From Eledone cirrhosa (Eukaryota), in assembly GCA_964016885.1 (NCBI GenBank), contig OZ024742.1, forward strand, positions 28,954,001-29,018,000: a stretch of DNA of 64,000 nucleotides. Direction: 5' to 3'. The translations under genes were made by a program, and so were the position numbers. Below the pieces are notes generated by a model. It did no database searches. It was not told the DNA's origin and saw only the letters and a list, made by a program, of their open reading frames with translations. Positions within the stretch are counted from its first letter, which is position 1. Each line of letters starts with the position of its first letter. This document shows, one piece after another, positions 1-14,700 of the stretch.

Positions 1-2749
1 CTACCAATACATCCCACGTCTTGAGACACATGAGGCAGCCAAAGTGGTCCAATGACCACAGTCAGTTGTATCTACCAATACATGCCACGTCTTAAGACAC
101 ATGAGGCAGCCAAAGTGGTCCAATGACCACAGTCAGTTGTATCTACCAATACATCCCACGTTTGAGACACATGAGGCAGCCAAAGTGGTCCAATGACCAC
201 AGTCAGTTGTATCTACCAATACATCCCACGTCTTGTGACACATGAGGCAGCCAGAGTGGTCCAATGACCACAGTCAGTTGTATCTACCAATACAACCCAC
301 GTCTTGAGACACATGAGGCAGCCAAAGTGGTCCAATGACCACAGTCAGTTGTATCTACCAATACATCCCACGTCTTGAGACACATGAGGCAGCCAAAGTG
401 GTCCAATGACCACAGTCAGTTGTATCTACCAATACATGCCACGTCTTGAGACACATGAGGCAGCCAAAGTGGTCCAAAGACCACAGTCAGTTGTATCTAC
501 CAATACATGCCACGTCTTGAGACACATGAGGCAGCCAAAGTGGTCCAATGACCACAGTCAGTTGTATCTACCAATACATCCCACGTCTTGAGACACATGA
601 GGCAGCCAAAGTGATCCAATGACCACAGTCAGTTGTATCTACCAATACATCCCACGTCTTGAGACACATGAGGCAGCCAAAGTGGTCCAATGACCACAGT
701 CAGTTGTATCTACCAATACATCCCACGTCTTGAGACACCTGAGGCAGCCAAAGTGGTCCAATGACCACAGTCAGTTGTATCTACCAATACATGCCACGTC
801 TTGAGACACATGAGGCAGCCAAAGTGGTCCAATGACCACAGTCAGTTGTATCTACCAATACATCCCACGTCTTGAGACACACGAGGCAACCAAAGTGGTC
901 CAATGACCACAGTCAGTTGTATCTACCAATACATCCCACGTCTTGAGACACAGGAGGCAGCCAAAGTGGTCCAATGACAACAGTCAGTTGTATCTACCAA
1001 TACATCCCACGTCTTGAGACACATGAGGCAGCCAAAGTGGTCCAATGACCACGGTCAGTTGTATCGACCAATACATGCCACGTCTTGAGACACATGAAGC
1101 AGCCAAAGTGGTCCAATGACCACAGTCAGTTGTATCTAGCAATACATCCCACGTCTTGAGACACATGAAGCAGCCAAAGTGGTCCAATGACCACGGTCAG
1201 TTGTATCTACCAATACATCCCACGTCTTGAGACACATGAAGCAGCCAAAGTTGTCCAATGACCACAGTCAGTTGTATCTACCAATACATCCCACGTCTTG
1301 AGACACATGAAGCAGCCAAAGTGGTCCAATGACCACAGTCATTTGTATCTACCAATACATCCCACGTCTTGAGACACATGAGGCAGCCAAAGTGGTCCAA
1401 TGACCACAGTCAGTTGTATCTACCAATACATCCCACGTCTTGAGACACATGAGGCAGCCAAAGTGGTCCAATGACCACAGTCAGTTGTATCTACCAATAC
1501 ATGCCACGTCTTGAGACACATTAAGCAGCCAATGTGGTCCAATAAACACGGTCAGTTATATCTACCAATAGATCCCACGTCTTGAGACACATGAGGCAGC
1601 CAAAGTGGTCCAATGACCACAGTCAGTTGTATCTACCAATACATCCCACGTCTTGAGACACATGAAGCAGCCAAAGTGGTCCAATGACCACGGTCAGTTG
1701 TATCTACCAATACATCCCACGTCTTGAGACACATGAGGCAGCCAAAGTGGTCCAATGACCACAGTCAGTTGTATCTACCAATACATCCCATGTCTTGAGA
1801 CACATGAGGCAGCCAAAGTGGTCCAATGACCACAGTCAGTTGTATCTACCAATACATGCCACGTCTTGAGACACATGAAGCAGCCAAAGTGGTCCAATGA
1901 CCACAGTCAGTTGTATCTACCAATACATCCCACGTCTTGAGACACCTGAGGCAGCCAAAGTGGTCCAATGACCACGGTCAGTTGTATCTACCAATACATG
2001 CCACGTCTTGAGAAACATGAGGCAGCCAAAGTGGTCCAATGACCACGGTCAGTTGTATCTACCAATACATGCCACGTCTTGAGACACATGAGGCAGCCAA
2101 AGTGGTCCAATGACCACAGTCAGTTGTATCTACCAATACAACCCATGTCTTGAGACACATGAAGCAGCCAAAGTGGTCCAATGACCACAGTCAGTTGTAT
2201 CTACCAATACATGCCACGTCTTGAGACACATGAGGCAGCCAAAGTGGTCCAATGACCACAGTCAGTTGTATCTACCAATACATGCCACGTCTTGAGACAC
2301 ATGAGGCAGCCAAAGTGGTCCAATGACCACAGTCAGTTGTATCTACCAATACATCCCATGTCTTGAGACACATGAGGCAGCCAAAGTGGTCCAATGACCA
2401 CAGTCAGTTGTATCTACCAATACATGCCACGTCTTGAGACACATGAGGCTTCCAAAGTGGTCCAATGACCACAGTCAGTTGTATCTACCAATACATCCCA
2501 CGTCTTGAGACACATGAGGCAGCCAAAGTGGTCCAATGACCACAGTCAGTTGTATCTACCAATACATGCCACGTCTTGAGACACATGAGGCTGCCAAAGT
2601 GGTCCAATGACCACAGTCAGTTGTATCTACCAATACAACCCACGTCTTGAGACACATGAGGCAGCCAAAGTGGTCCAATGACCACAGTCAGTTGTATCTA
2701 CCAATACATGCCACGTCTTGAGACACATGAGGCAGCCAAAGTGGTCCAA

Positions 2750-5700
2750 TGACCACGGTCAGTTACATCTGTCAATACATGCCACGTCTTGAGACACATG
2801 AGGCAGCCAAAGTGGTCCAATGAGCACAGTCATTTGTATCTACCAATACATCCCATGTCTTGAGACACCTGAGGCAGCCAAAGTGGTCCAATGACCACGG
2901 TCAGTTGTATCCACCAATACATGCCACGTCTTGAGAAACATGAGGCAGCCAAAGTGGTCCAATGACCACGGTCAGTTGTATCTACCAATACATGCCACGT
3001 CTTGAGACACATGAGGCAGCCAAAGTGGTCCAATGACCACAGTCAGTTGTATCTACCAATACATCCCATGTCTTGAGACACATGAAGCAGCCAAAATGGT
3101 CCAATGACCACAGTCAGTTGTATCTACCAATACATGCCACGTCTTGAGACACATGAGGCAGCCAAAGTGGTCCAATGACCACAGTCAGTTGTATCTACCA
3201 ATACATGCCACGTCTTGAGACACATGAGGCAGCCAAAGTGGTCCAATGACCACAGTCAGTTATATCTACCAATACATCTCATGTCTTGAGACACATGAGG
3301 CAGCCAAAGTGGTCCAATGACCACAGTCAGTTGTATCTACCAATACATCCCATGTCTTGAGACACATGAAGCAGCCAAAGTGGTCCAATGACCACAGTCA
3401 GTTGTATCTACCAATACATCCCATGTCTTGAGACACATGAGGCAGCCAAAGTGGTCCGATGACCACTGTCAGTTGTATCTACCAATACATGCCACGTCTT
3501 GAGACACATGAGGCAGCCAAAGTGGTCCAATGACCACAGTCAGTTGTATCTACCAATACATCCCATGTCTTGTGACACATGAGGCAGCCAAAGTGGTCCA
3601 ATGACCACAGTCAGTTGTATCTACCAATACATGCCACGTCTTGAGACACATGAGGCAGCCAAAGTGGTCCAATGACCACAGTCTGTTGTATCTACCAATA
3701 CATCCCACGTCTTGAGACACATGAGGCAGCCAAAGTGGTCCAATGACCACAGTCAGATGTATCTACCAATACATCACACGTCTAGAGACACATGAGGCAG
3801 CCAAAGTGGTCCAATGACCACAGTCTGTTGTATCTACCAATACATGCCACGTCTTGAGACACATGAGGCAGCCAAAGTGGTCCAATGACCACAGTCAGTT
3901 GTATCTACCAATACATGCCACGTCTTGAGACACATGAGGCAGCCAAAGTGGTCCAATGACCACAGTCAGTTGTATCTACCAATACATCCCACGTCTTGAG
4001 ACACATGAGGCAGCCAAAGTGGTCCAATGACCACAGTTAGTTGTATCTACCACTACATCCCACGTCTTGAGACACATGAGGCAGCCAATGTGGTCCAATG
4101 ACCACAGTCAGTTGTATCTACCAATACATGCCACGTCTTGAGACACATGAGGCAGCCAAAGTGGTCCAATGACCACAGTCAGTTGCATCTACCAATACAT
4201 GCCACGTCTTGAGACACATGAGTCAGCCAAAGTGGTCCAATGACCACAGTCAGTTGTATCTACCAATACATCCCACGTCTTGAGACACATGAGGCAGCCA
4301 AAGTGGTCCAATGACAATAGTCAGTTGTATCTACCAATACATCCCACGTCTTGAGACACATGAGGCAGCCAAAGTGGTCCAGTGACCACGGTCCGTTGTA
4401 TCTACCAATACATGCCACGTCTTGAGACACATGAAGCAGCCAAAGTGGTCCAGTGACCACAGTCAGTTGTATCTGCCAATACATCCCACGTCTTGAGACA
4501 CATGAAGCAGCCAAAGTGGTCCAATGACCACGGTCAGTTGTATCTACCAATACATCCCACGTCTTGAGACACATGAAGCAGCCAAAGTGGTCCAATGACC
4601 ACAGTCAGTTGTATCTACCAATACATCCCACGTCTTGAGACACATGAAGCAGCCAAAGTGGTCCAATGACCACAGTCAGTTGTATCTACCAATACATGCC
4701 ACGTCTTGAGACACATGAAGCAGCCAAAGTGGTCCAATGACCACGGTCAGTTATATCTACCTATACATCCCACGTCTTGAGACACATGAGGCAGCCAAAG
4801 TGGTCCAATGACCACAGTCAGTTGTATCTACCAATACATCCCACGTCTTGAGACACATGAAGCAGCCAAAGTGGTCCAATGACCACGGTCAGTTGTATCT
4901 ACCAATACCTCCCACGTCTTGAGACACATGAGGCAGCCAAAGTGGTCCAATGACAATAGTCAGTTGTATCTACCAATACATCCCACGTCTTGAGACACAT
5001 GAGGCAGCCAAAGTGGTCCAGTGACCACGGTCCGTTGTATCTACCAATACATGCCACGTCTTGAGACACATGAAGCAGCCAAAGTGGTCCAGTGACCACA
5101 GTCAGTTGTATCTGCCAATACATCCCACGTCTTGAGACACATGAAGCAGCCAAAGTGGTCCAATGACCACGGTCAGTTGTATCTACCAATACATCCCACG
5201 TCTTGAGACACATGAAGCAGCCAAAGTGGTCCAATGACCACAGTCAGTTGTATCTACCAATACATCCCACGTCTTGAGACACATGAAGCAGCCAAAGTGG
5301 TCCAATGACCACAGTCAGTTGTATCTACCAATACATGCCACGTCTTGAGACACATGAAGCAGCCAAAGTGGTCCAATGACCACGGTCAGTTATATCTACC
5401 TATACATCCCACGTCTTGAGACACATGAGGCAGCCAAAGTGGTCCAATGACCACAGTCAGTTGTATCTACCAATACATCCCACGTCTTGAGACACATGAA
5501 GCAGCCAAAGTGGTCCAATGACCACGGTCAGTTGTATCTACCAATACCTCCCACGTCTTGAGACACATGAGGCAGCCAAAGTGGTCCAATGACCACAGTC
5601 AGTTGTATCTACCAATACATCCCATGTCTTGAGACACATGAGGCAGCCAAAGTGGTCCAATGACCACAGTCAGTTGTATCTACCAATACATCCCACGTCT

Positions 5701-8700
5701 TGAGACACATGAGGCAGCCAAAGTGGTCCAATGACCACAGTCAGTTATATCTACCAATACATCTCATGTCTTGAGACACATGAGGCAGCCAAAGTGGTCC
5801 AATGACCACAGTCAGTTGTATCTACCAATACATCCCATGTCTTGAGACACATGAAGCAGCCAAAGTGGTCCAATGACCACAGTCAGTTGTATCTACCAAT
5901 ACATCCCATGTCTTGAGACACATGAGGCAGCCAAAGTGGTCCGATGACCACTGTCAGTTGTATCTACCAATACATGCCACGTCTTGAGACACATGAGGCA
6001 GCCAAAGTGGTCCAGTGACCACAGTCAGTTGTATCTACCAATACATCCCATGTCTTGTGACACATGAGGCAGCCAAAGTGGTCCAATGACCACAGTCAGT
6101 TGTATCTACCAATACATGCCACGTCTTGAGACACATGAGGCAGCCAAAGTGGTCCAATGACCACAGTCTGTTGTATCTACCAATACATCCCACGTCTTGA
6201 GACACATGAGGCAGCCAAAGTGGTCCAATGACCACAGTCAGATGTATCTACCAATACATCACACGTCTAGAGACACATGAGGCAGCCAAAGTGGTCCAAT
6301 GACCACAGTCTGTTGTATCTACCAATACATGCCACGTCTTGAGACACATGAGGCAGCCAAAGTGGTCCAATGACCACAGTCAGTTGTATCTACCAATACA
6401 TGCCACGTCTTGAGACACATGAGGCAGCCAAAGTGGTCCAATGACCACAGTCAGTTGTATCTACCAATACATCCCACGTCTTGAGACACATGAGGCAGCC
6501 AAAGTGGTCCAATGACCACAGTCAGTTGTATCTACCACTACATCCCACGTCTTGAGACACATGAGGCAGCCAATGTGGTCCAATGACCACAGTCAGTTGT
6601 ATCTACCAATACATGCCACGTCTTGAGACACATGAGGCAGCCAAAGTGGTCCAATGACCACAGTCAGTTGCATCTACCAATACATGCCACGTCTTGAGAC
6701 ACATGAGTCAGCCAAAGTGGTCCAATGACCACAGTCAGTTGTATCTACCAATACATCCCACGTCTTGAGACACATGAGGCAGCCAAAGTGGTCCAATGAC
6801 AATAGTCAGTTGTATCTACCAATACATCCCACGTCTTGAGACACATGAGGCAGCCAAAGTGGTCCAGTGACCACGGTCCGTTGTATCTACCAATACATGC
6901 CACGTCTTGAGACACATGAAGCAGCCAAAGTGGTCCAGTGACCACAGTCAGTTGTATCTGCCAATACATCCCACGTCTTGAGACACATGAAGCAGCCAAA
7001 GTGGTCCAATGACCACGGTCAGTTGTATCTACCAATACATCCCACGTCTTGAGACACATGAAGCAGCCAAAGTGGTCCAATGACCACAGTCAGTTGTATC
7101 TACCAATACATCCCACGTCTTGAGACACATGAAGCAGCCAAAGTGGTCCAATGACCACAGTCAGTTGTATCTACCAATACATGCCACGTCTTGAGACACA
7201 TGAAGCAGCCAAAGTGGTCCAATGACCACGGTCAGTTATATCTACCTATACATCCCACGTCTTGAGACACATGAGGCAGCCAAAGTGGTCCAATGACCAC
7301 AGTCAGTTGTATCTACCAATACATCCCACGTCTTGAGACACATGAAGCAGCCAAAGTGGTCCAATGACCACGGTCAGTTGTATCTACCAATACCTCCCAC
7401 GTCTTGAGACACATGAGGCAGCCAAAGTGGTCCAATGACCACAGTCAGTTGTATCTACCAATACATCCCATGTCTTGAGACACATGAGGCAGCCAAAGTG
7501 GTCCAATGACCACAGTCAGTTGTATCGACCAATACATCCCACGTCTTGAGACACATGAGGCAGCCAAAGTGGTCCAATGACCACAGTCAGTTGTATCTAC
7601 CAATACATCCCACGTCTTGAGACACATGAGGCAGCCAAAGTGGTCCAATGACCACAGTCAGTTGTATCTACCAATACATGCCACGTCTTGAGACACATGA
7701 GGCTGCCAAAGTGGTCCAATGACCACAGTCAGTTGTATCTACCAATACAACCCACGTCTTGAGACACATGAGGCAGCCAAAGTGGTCCGATGACCACAGT
7801 CAGTTGTATCTACCAATACATGCCACGTCTTGAGACACATGAGGCAGCCAAAGTGGTCCAATGACCACGGTCAGTTACATCTGTCAATACATCCCACGTC
7901 TTGAGACACATGAGGCAGCCAAAGTGGTCCAATGAGCACAGTCAGTTGTATCTACCAATACATCCCATGTCTTGAGACACCCGAGGCAGCCAAAGTGGTC
8001 CAATGACCACGGTCAGTTGTATCTACCAGTACATGCCACGTCTTGAGAAACATGAGGCAGCCAAAGTGGTCCAATGACCACGGTCAGTTGTATCTACCAA
8101 TACATGCCACGTCTTGAGACACATGAGGCAGCCAAAGTGGTCCAATGACCACAGTCAGTTGTATCTACCAATACATCCCATGTCTTGAGACACATGAAGC
8201 AGCCAAAGTGGTCCAATGACCACAGTCAGTTGTATCTACCAATACATGCCACGTCTTGAGACACATGAGGCAGCCAAAGTGGTCCAATGACCACAGTCAG
8301 TTGTATCTACCAATACATGCCACGTCTTGAGACACATGAGGCAGCCAAAGTGGTCCAATGAACACAGTCAGTTATATCTACCAATACATCCCATGTCTTG
8401 AAACACATGAGGCAGCCAAAGTGGTCCAATGACCACAGTCAGTTGTATCTACCAATACATCCCACGTCTTGAGACACATGAAGCAGCCAAAGTGGTCCAA
8501 TGACCACAGTCAGTTGTATCTACCAATACATCCCATGTCTTGAGACACATGAGGCAGCCAAAGTGGTCCAATGACCACTGTCAGTTGTATCTACCAATAC
8601 ATGCCACGTCTTGAGACACATGAGGCAGCCAAAGTGGTCCAATGACCACAGTCAGTTGTATCTACCAATACATCCCATGTCTTGTGACACATGAGGCAGC

Positions 8701-11700
8701 CAAAGTGGTCCAATGACCACAGTCAGTTGTATCTACCAATACATGCCACGTCTTGAGACACATGAGGCAGCCAAAGTGGTCCAATGACCACAGTCAGTTG
8801 TATCTACCAATACATCCCACGTCTTGAGACACATGAGGCAGCCAAAGTGGTCCAATGACCACAGTCAGATGTATCTACCAATACATCACACGTCTAGAGA
8901 CACATGATGCAGCCAAAGTGGTCCAATGACCACAGTCTGTTGTATCTACCAATACATGCCACGTCTTGAGACACATGAGGCAGCCAAAGTGGTCCAATGA
9001 CCACAGTCAGTTGTATCTACCAATACATGCCACGTCTTGAGACACATGAGGCAGCCAAAGTGGTCCAATGACCACAGTCAGTTGTATCTACCAATACATC
9101 CCACGTCTTGAGACACATGAGGCAGCCAAAGTGCTCCAATGACCACAGTCTGTTGTATCTACCAATACATCCCACGTCTTGAGACACATGAGGCAGCCAA
9201 AGTGGTCCAATGACCACAGTCAGTTGTATCTACCAATACATGCCACGTCTTGAGACACATGAGGCAGCCAAAGTGGTCCAATGACCACAGTCAGTTCCAT
9301 CTACCAATACATGCCACGTCTTGAGACACATGAGTCAGCCAAAGTGGTCCAATGACCACAGTCAGTTGTATCTACCAATACATCCCACGTCTTGAGACAC
9401 ATGAGGCAGCCAAAGTGGTCCAATGACAACAGTCAGTTGTATCTACCAATACATCCCACGTCTTGAGACACATGAGGCAGCCAAAGTGGTCCAGTGACCA
9501 CGGTCCGTTGTATCTACCAATACATGCCACGTCTTGAGACACATGAAGCAGCCAAAGTGGTCCAATGACCACAGTCAGTTGTATCTGCCAATACATCCCA
9601 CGTCTTGAGACACATGAAGCAGCCAAAGTGGTCCAATGACCACGGTCAGTTGTATCTACCAATACATCCCACGTCTTGAGACACATGAAGCAGCCAAAGT
9701 GGTCCAATGACCACAGTCAGTTGTATCTACCAATACATCCCACGTCTTGAGACACATGAGGCAGCCAAAGTGGTCCAATGACCACAGTCAGTTGTATCTA
9801 CCAATACATGCCACGTCTTGAGACACATGAGGCTGCCAAAGTGGTCCAATGACCACAGTCAGTTGTATCTACCAATACAACCCACGTCTTGAGACACATG
9901 AGGCAGCCAAAGTGGTCCGATGACCACAGTCAGTTGTATCTACCAATACATGCCACGTCTTGAGACACATGAGGCAGCCAAAGTGGTCGAATGACCACGG
10001 TCAGTTACATCTGTCAATACATCCCACGTCTTGAGACACATGAGGCAGCCAAAGTGGTCCAATGAGCACAGTCAGTTGTATCTACCAATACATCCCATGT
10101 CTTGAGACACCTGAGGCAGCCAAAGTGGTCCAATGACCACGGTCAGTTGTATCTACCAATACATGCCACGTCTTGAGAAACATGAGGCAGCCAAAGTGGT
10201 CCAATGACCACGGTCAGTTGTATCTACCAATACATGCCACGTCTTGAGACACATGAGGCAGCCAAAGTGGTCCAATGACCACAGTCAGTTGTATCTACCA
10301 ATACATCCCATGTCTTGAGACACATGAAGCAGCCAAAGTGGTCCAATGACCACAGTCAGTTGTATCTACCAATACATGCCACGTCTTGAGACACATGAGG
10401 CAGCCAAAGTGGTCCAATGACCACAGTCAGTTGTATCTACCAATACATGCCACGTCTTGAGACACATGAGGCAGCCAAAGTGGTCCAATGAACACAGTCA
10501 GTTATATCTACCAATACATCCCATGTCTTGAGACACATGAGGCAGCCAAAGTGGTCCAATGACCACAGTCAGTTGTATCTACCAATACATCCCAAGTCTT
10601 GAGACACATGAAGCAGCCAAAGTGGTCCAATGACCACAGTCAGTTGTATCTACCAATACATCCCATGTCTTGAGACACATGAGGCAGCCAAAGTGGTCCA
10701 ATGACCACTGTCAGTTGTATCTACCAATATATGCCACGTCTTGAGACACATGAGGCAGCCAAAGTGGTCCAATGACCACAGTCAGTTGTATCTACCAATA
10801 CATCCCATGTCTTGTGACACATGAGGCAGCCAAAGTGGTCCAATGACCACAGACAGTTGTATCTACCAATACATGCCACGTCTTGAGACACATGAGGCAG
10901 CCAAAGTGGTCCAATGACCACAGTCAGTTGTATCTACCAATACATCCCACGTCTTGAGACACATGAGGCAGCCAAAGTGGTCCAATGACCACAGTCAGAT
11001 GTATCTACCAATACATCACACGTCTAGAGACACATGAGGCAGCCAAAGTGGTCCAATGACCACAGTCTGTTGTATCTACCAATACATGCCACGTCTTGAG
11101 ACACATGAGGCAGCCAAAGTGGTCCAATGACCACAGTCAGTTGTATCTACCAATACATGCCACGTCTTGAGACACATGAGGCAGCCAAAGTGGTCCAATG
11201 ACCACAGTCAGTTGTATCTACCAATACATCCCACGTCTTGAGACACATGAGGCAGCCAAAGTGCTCCAATGACCACAGTCTCTTGTATCTACCAATACAT
11301 CCCACGTCTTGAGACACATGAGGCAGCCAAAGTGGTCCAATGACCACAGTCAGTTGTATCTACCAATACATGCCACGTCTTGAGACACATGAGGCAGCCA
11401 AAGTGGTCCAATGACCACAGTCAGTTGCATCTACCAATACATGCCACGTCTTGAGACACATGAGTCAGCCAAAGTGGTCCAATGACCACAGTCAGTTGTA
11501 TCTACCAATACATCCCACGTCTTGAGACACATGAGGCTGCCAAAGTGGTCCAATGACCACAGTCAGTTGTATCTACCAATACAACCCACGTCTTGAGACA
11601 CATGAGGCAGCCAAAGTGGTCCGATGACCACAGTCAGTTGTATCTACCAATACATGCCACGTCTTGAGACACATGAGGCAGCCAAAGTGGTCCAATGACC

Positions 11701-14700
11701 ACGGTCAGTTACATATGTCAATACATCCCACGTCTTGAGACACATGAGGCAGCCAAAGTGGTCCAATGAGCACAGTCAGTTGTATCTACCAATACATCCC
11801 ATGTCTTGAGACACCCGAGGCAGCCAAAGTGGTCCAATGACCACGGTCAGTTGTATCTACCAATACATGCCACGTCTTGAGAAACATGAGGCAGCCAAAG
11901 TGGTCCAATGACCACGGTCAGTTGTATCTACCAATACATGCCACGTCTTGAGACACATGAGGCAGCCAAAGTGGTCCAATGACCACAGTCAGTTGTATCT
12001 ACCAATACATCCCATGTCTTGAGACACATGAAGCAGCCAAAGTGGTCCAATGACCACAGTCAGTTGTATCTACCAATACATGCCACGTCTTGAGACACAT
12101 GAGGCAGCCAAAGTGGTCCAATGACCACAGTCAGTTGTATCTACCAATACATCCCACGTCTTGAGACACATGAGGCAGCCAAAGTGGTCCAATGACCACA
12201 GTCAGATGTATCTACCAATACATCACACGTCTAGAGACACATGAGGCAGCCAAAGTGGTCCAATGACCACAGTCTGTTGTATCTACCAATACATGCCACG
12301 TCTTGAGACACATGAGGCAGCCAAAGTGGTCCAATGACCACAGTCAGTTGTATCTACCAATACATGCCACGTCTTGAGACACATGAGGCAGCCAAAGTGG
12401 TCCAATGACCACAGTCAGTTGTATCTACCAATACATCCCACGTCTTGAGACACATGAGGCAGCCAAAGTGCTCCAATGACCACAGTCTCTTGTATCTACC
12501 AATACATCCCACGTCTTGAGACACATGAGGCAGCCAAAGTGGTCCAATGACCACAGTCAGTTGTATCTACCAATACATGCCACGTCTTGAGACACATGAG
12601 GCAGCCAAAGTGGTCCAATGACCACAGTCAGTTGCATCTACCAATACATGCCACGTCTTGAGACACATGAGTCAGCCAAAGTGGTCCAATGACCACTGTC
12701 AGTTGTATCTACCAATACATCCCACGTCTTGAGACACATGAGGCTGCCAAAGTGGTCCAATGACCACAGTCAGTTGTATCTACCAATACAACCCACGTCT
12801 TGAGACACATGAGGCAGCCAAAGTGGTCCGATGACCACAGTCAGTTGTATCTACCAATACATGCCACGTCTTGAGACACATGAGGCAGCCAAAGTGGTCC
12901 AATGACCACGGTCAGTTACATCTGTCAATACATCCCACGTCTTGAGACACATGAGGCAGCCAAAGTGGTCCAATGAGCACAGTCAGTTGTATCTACCAAT
13001 ACATCCCATGTCTTGAGACACCCGAGGCAGCCAAAGTGGTCCAATGACCACGGTCAGTTGTATCTACCAATACATGCCACGTCTTGAGAAACATGAGGCA
13101 GCCAAAGTGGTCCAATGACCACGGTCAGTTGTATCTACCAATACATGCCACGTCTTGAGACACATGAGGCAGCCAAAGTGGTCCAATGACCACAGTCAGT
13201 TGTATCTACCAATACATCCCATGTCTTGAGACACATGAAGCAGCCAAAGTGGTCCAATGACCACAGTCAGTTGTATCTACCAATACATGCCACGTCTTGA
13301 GACACATGAGGCAGCCAAAGTGGTCCAATGACCACAGTCAGTTGTATCTACCAATACATGCCACGTCTTGAGACACATGAGGCAGCCAAAGTGGTCCAAT
13401 GAACACAGTCAGTTATATCTACCAATACATCCCATGTCTTGAGACACATGAGGCAGCCAAAGTGGTCCAATGACCACAGTCAGTTGTATCTACCAATACA
13501 TCCCACGTCTTGAGACACATGAAGCAGCCAAAGTGGTCCAATGACCACAGTCAGTTGTATCTACCAATACATCCCATGTCTTGAGACACATGAGGCAGCC
13601 AAAGTGGTCCAATGACCACTGTCAGTTGTATCTACCAATACATGCCACGTCTTGAGACACATGAGGCAGCCAAAGTGGTCCAATGACCACAGTCAGTTGT
13701 ATCTACCAATACATCCCATGTCTTGTGACACATGAGGCAGCCAAAGTGGTCCAATGACCACAGTCAGTTGTATCTACCAATACATGCCACGTCTTGAGAC
13801 ACATGAGGCAGCCAAAGTGGTCCAATGACCACAGTCAGTTGTATCTACCAATACATCCCACGTCTTGAGACACATGAGGCAGCCAAAGTGGTCCAATGAC
13901 CACAGTCAGATGTATCTACCAATACATCACACGTCTAGAGACACATGAGGCAGCCAAAGTGGTCCAATGACCACAGTCTGTTGTATCTACCAATACATGC
14001 CACGTCTTGAGACACATGAGGCAGCCAAAGTGGTCCAATGACCACAGTCAGTTATATCTACCAATACATGCCACGTCTTGAGACACATGAGGCAGCCAAA
14101 GTGGTCCAATGACCACAGTCAGTTGTATCTACCAATACATCCCACGTCTTGAGACACATGAGGCAGCCAAAGTGCTCCAATGACCACAGTCTGTTGTATC
14201 TAGCAATACATCCCACGTCTTGAGACACATGAGGCAGCCAAAGTGGTCCAATGACCACAGTCAGTTGTATCTACCAATACATGCCACGTCTTGAGACACA
14301 TGAGGCAGCCAAAGTGGTCCAATGACCACAGTCAGTTCCATCTACCAATACATGCCACGTCTTGAGACACATGAGTCAGCCAAAGTGGTCCAATGACCAC
14401 AGTCAGTTGTATCTACCAATACATCCCACGTCTTGAGACACATGAGGCAGCCAAAGTGGTCCAATGACAACAGTCAGTTGTATCTACCAATACATCCCAC
14501 GTCTTGAGACACATGAGGCAGCCAAAGTGGTCCAGTGACCACGGTCCGTTGTATCTACCAATACATGCCACGTCTTGAGACACATGAAGCAGCCAAAGTG
14601 GTCCAATGACCACAGTCAGTTGTATCTGCCAATACATCCCACGTCTTGAGACACATGAAGCAGCCAAAGTGGTCCAATGACCACGGTCAGTTGTATCTAC

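Noticed and set aside
1-71. tRNA gene array (unit is tRNA-sized with hairpins)
   Set aside because: There is no cloverleaf and no A/B-box or TTCRA motif on either strand.
1-71. Transcription-factor motifs in the monomer (two CCAAT, E-boxes CACATG/CAGTTG, RUNX-like GACCACA, CCACGT)
   Set aside because: Short motifs are expected by chance. The CCAAT-CCACG spacing is 5 nt, not the 9 nt of an ERSE, and there is no functional evidence.
1-142. Hammerhead ribozyme in the satellite monomer, as in newt, schistosome or cricket satellites
   Set aside because: The plus strand has ATGAGGCAGCCAAA and the minus strand has CTGACT plus a hairpin. Neither has an intact CUGANGA, GAAA and NUH core.
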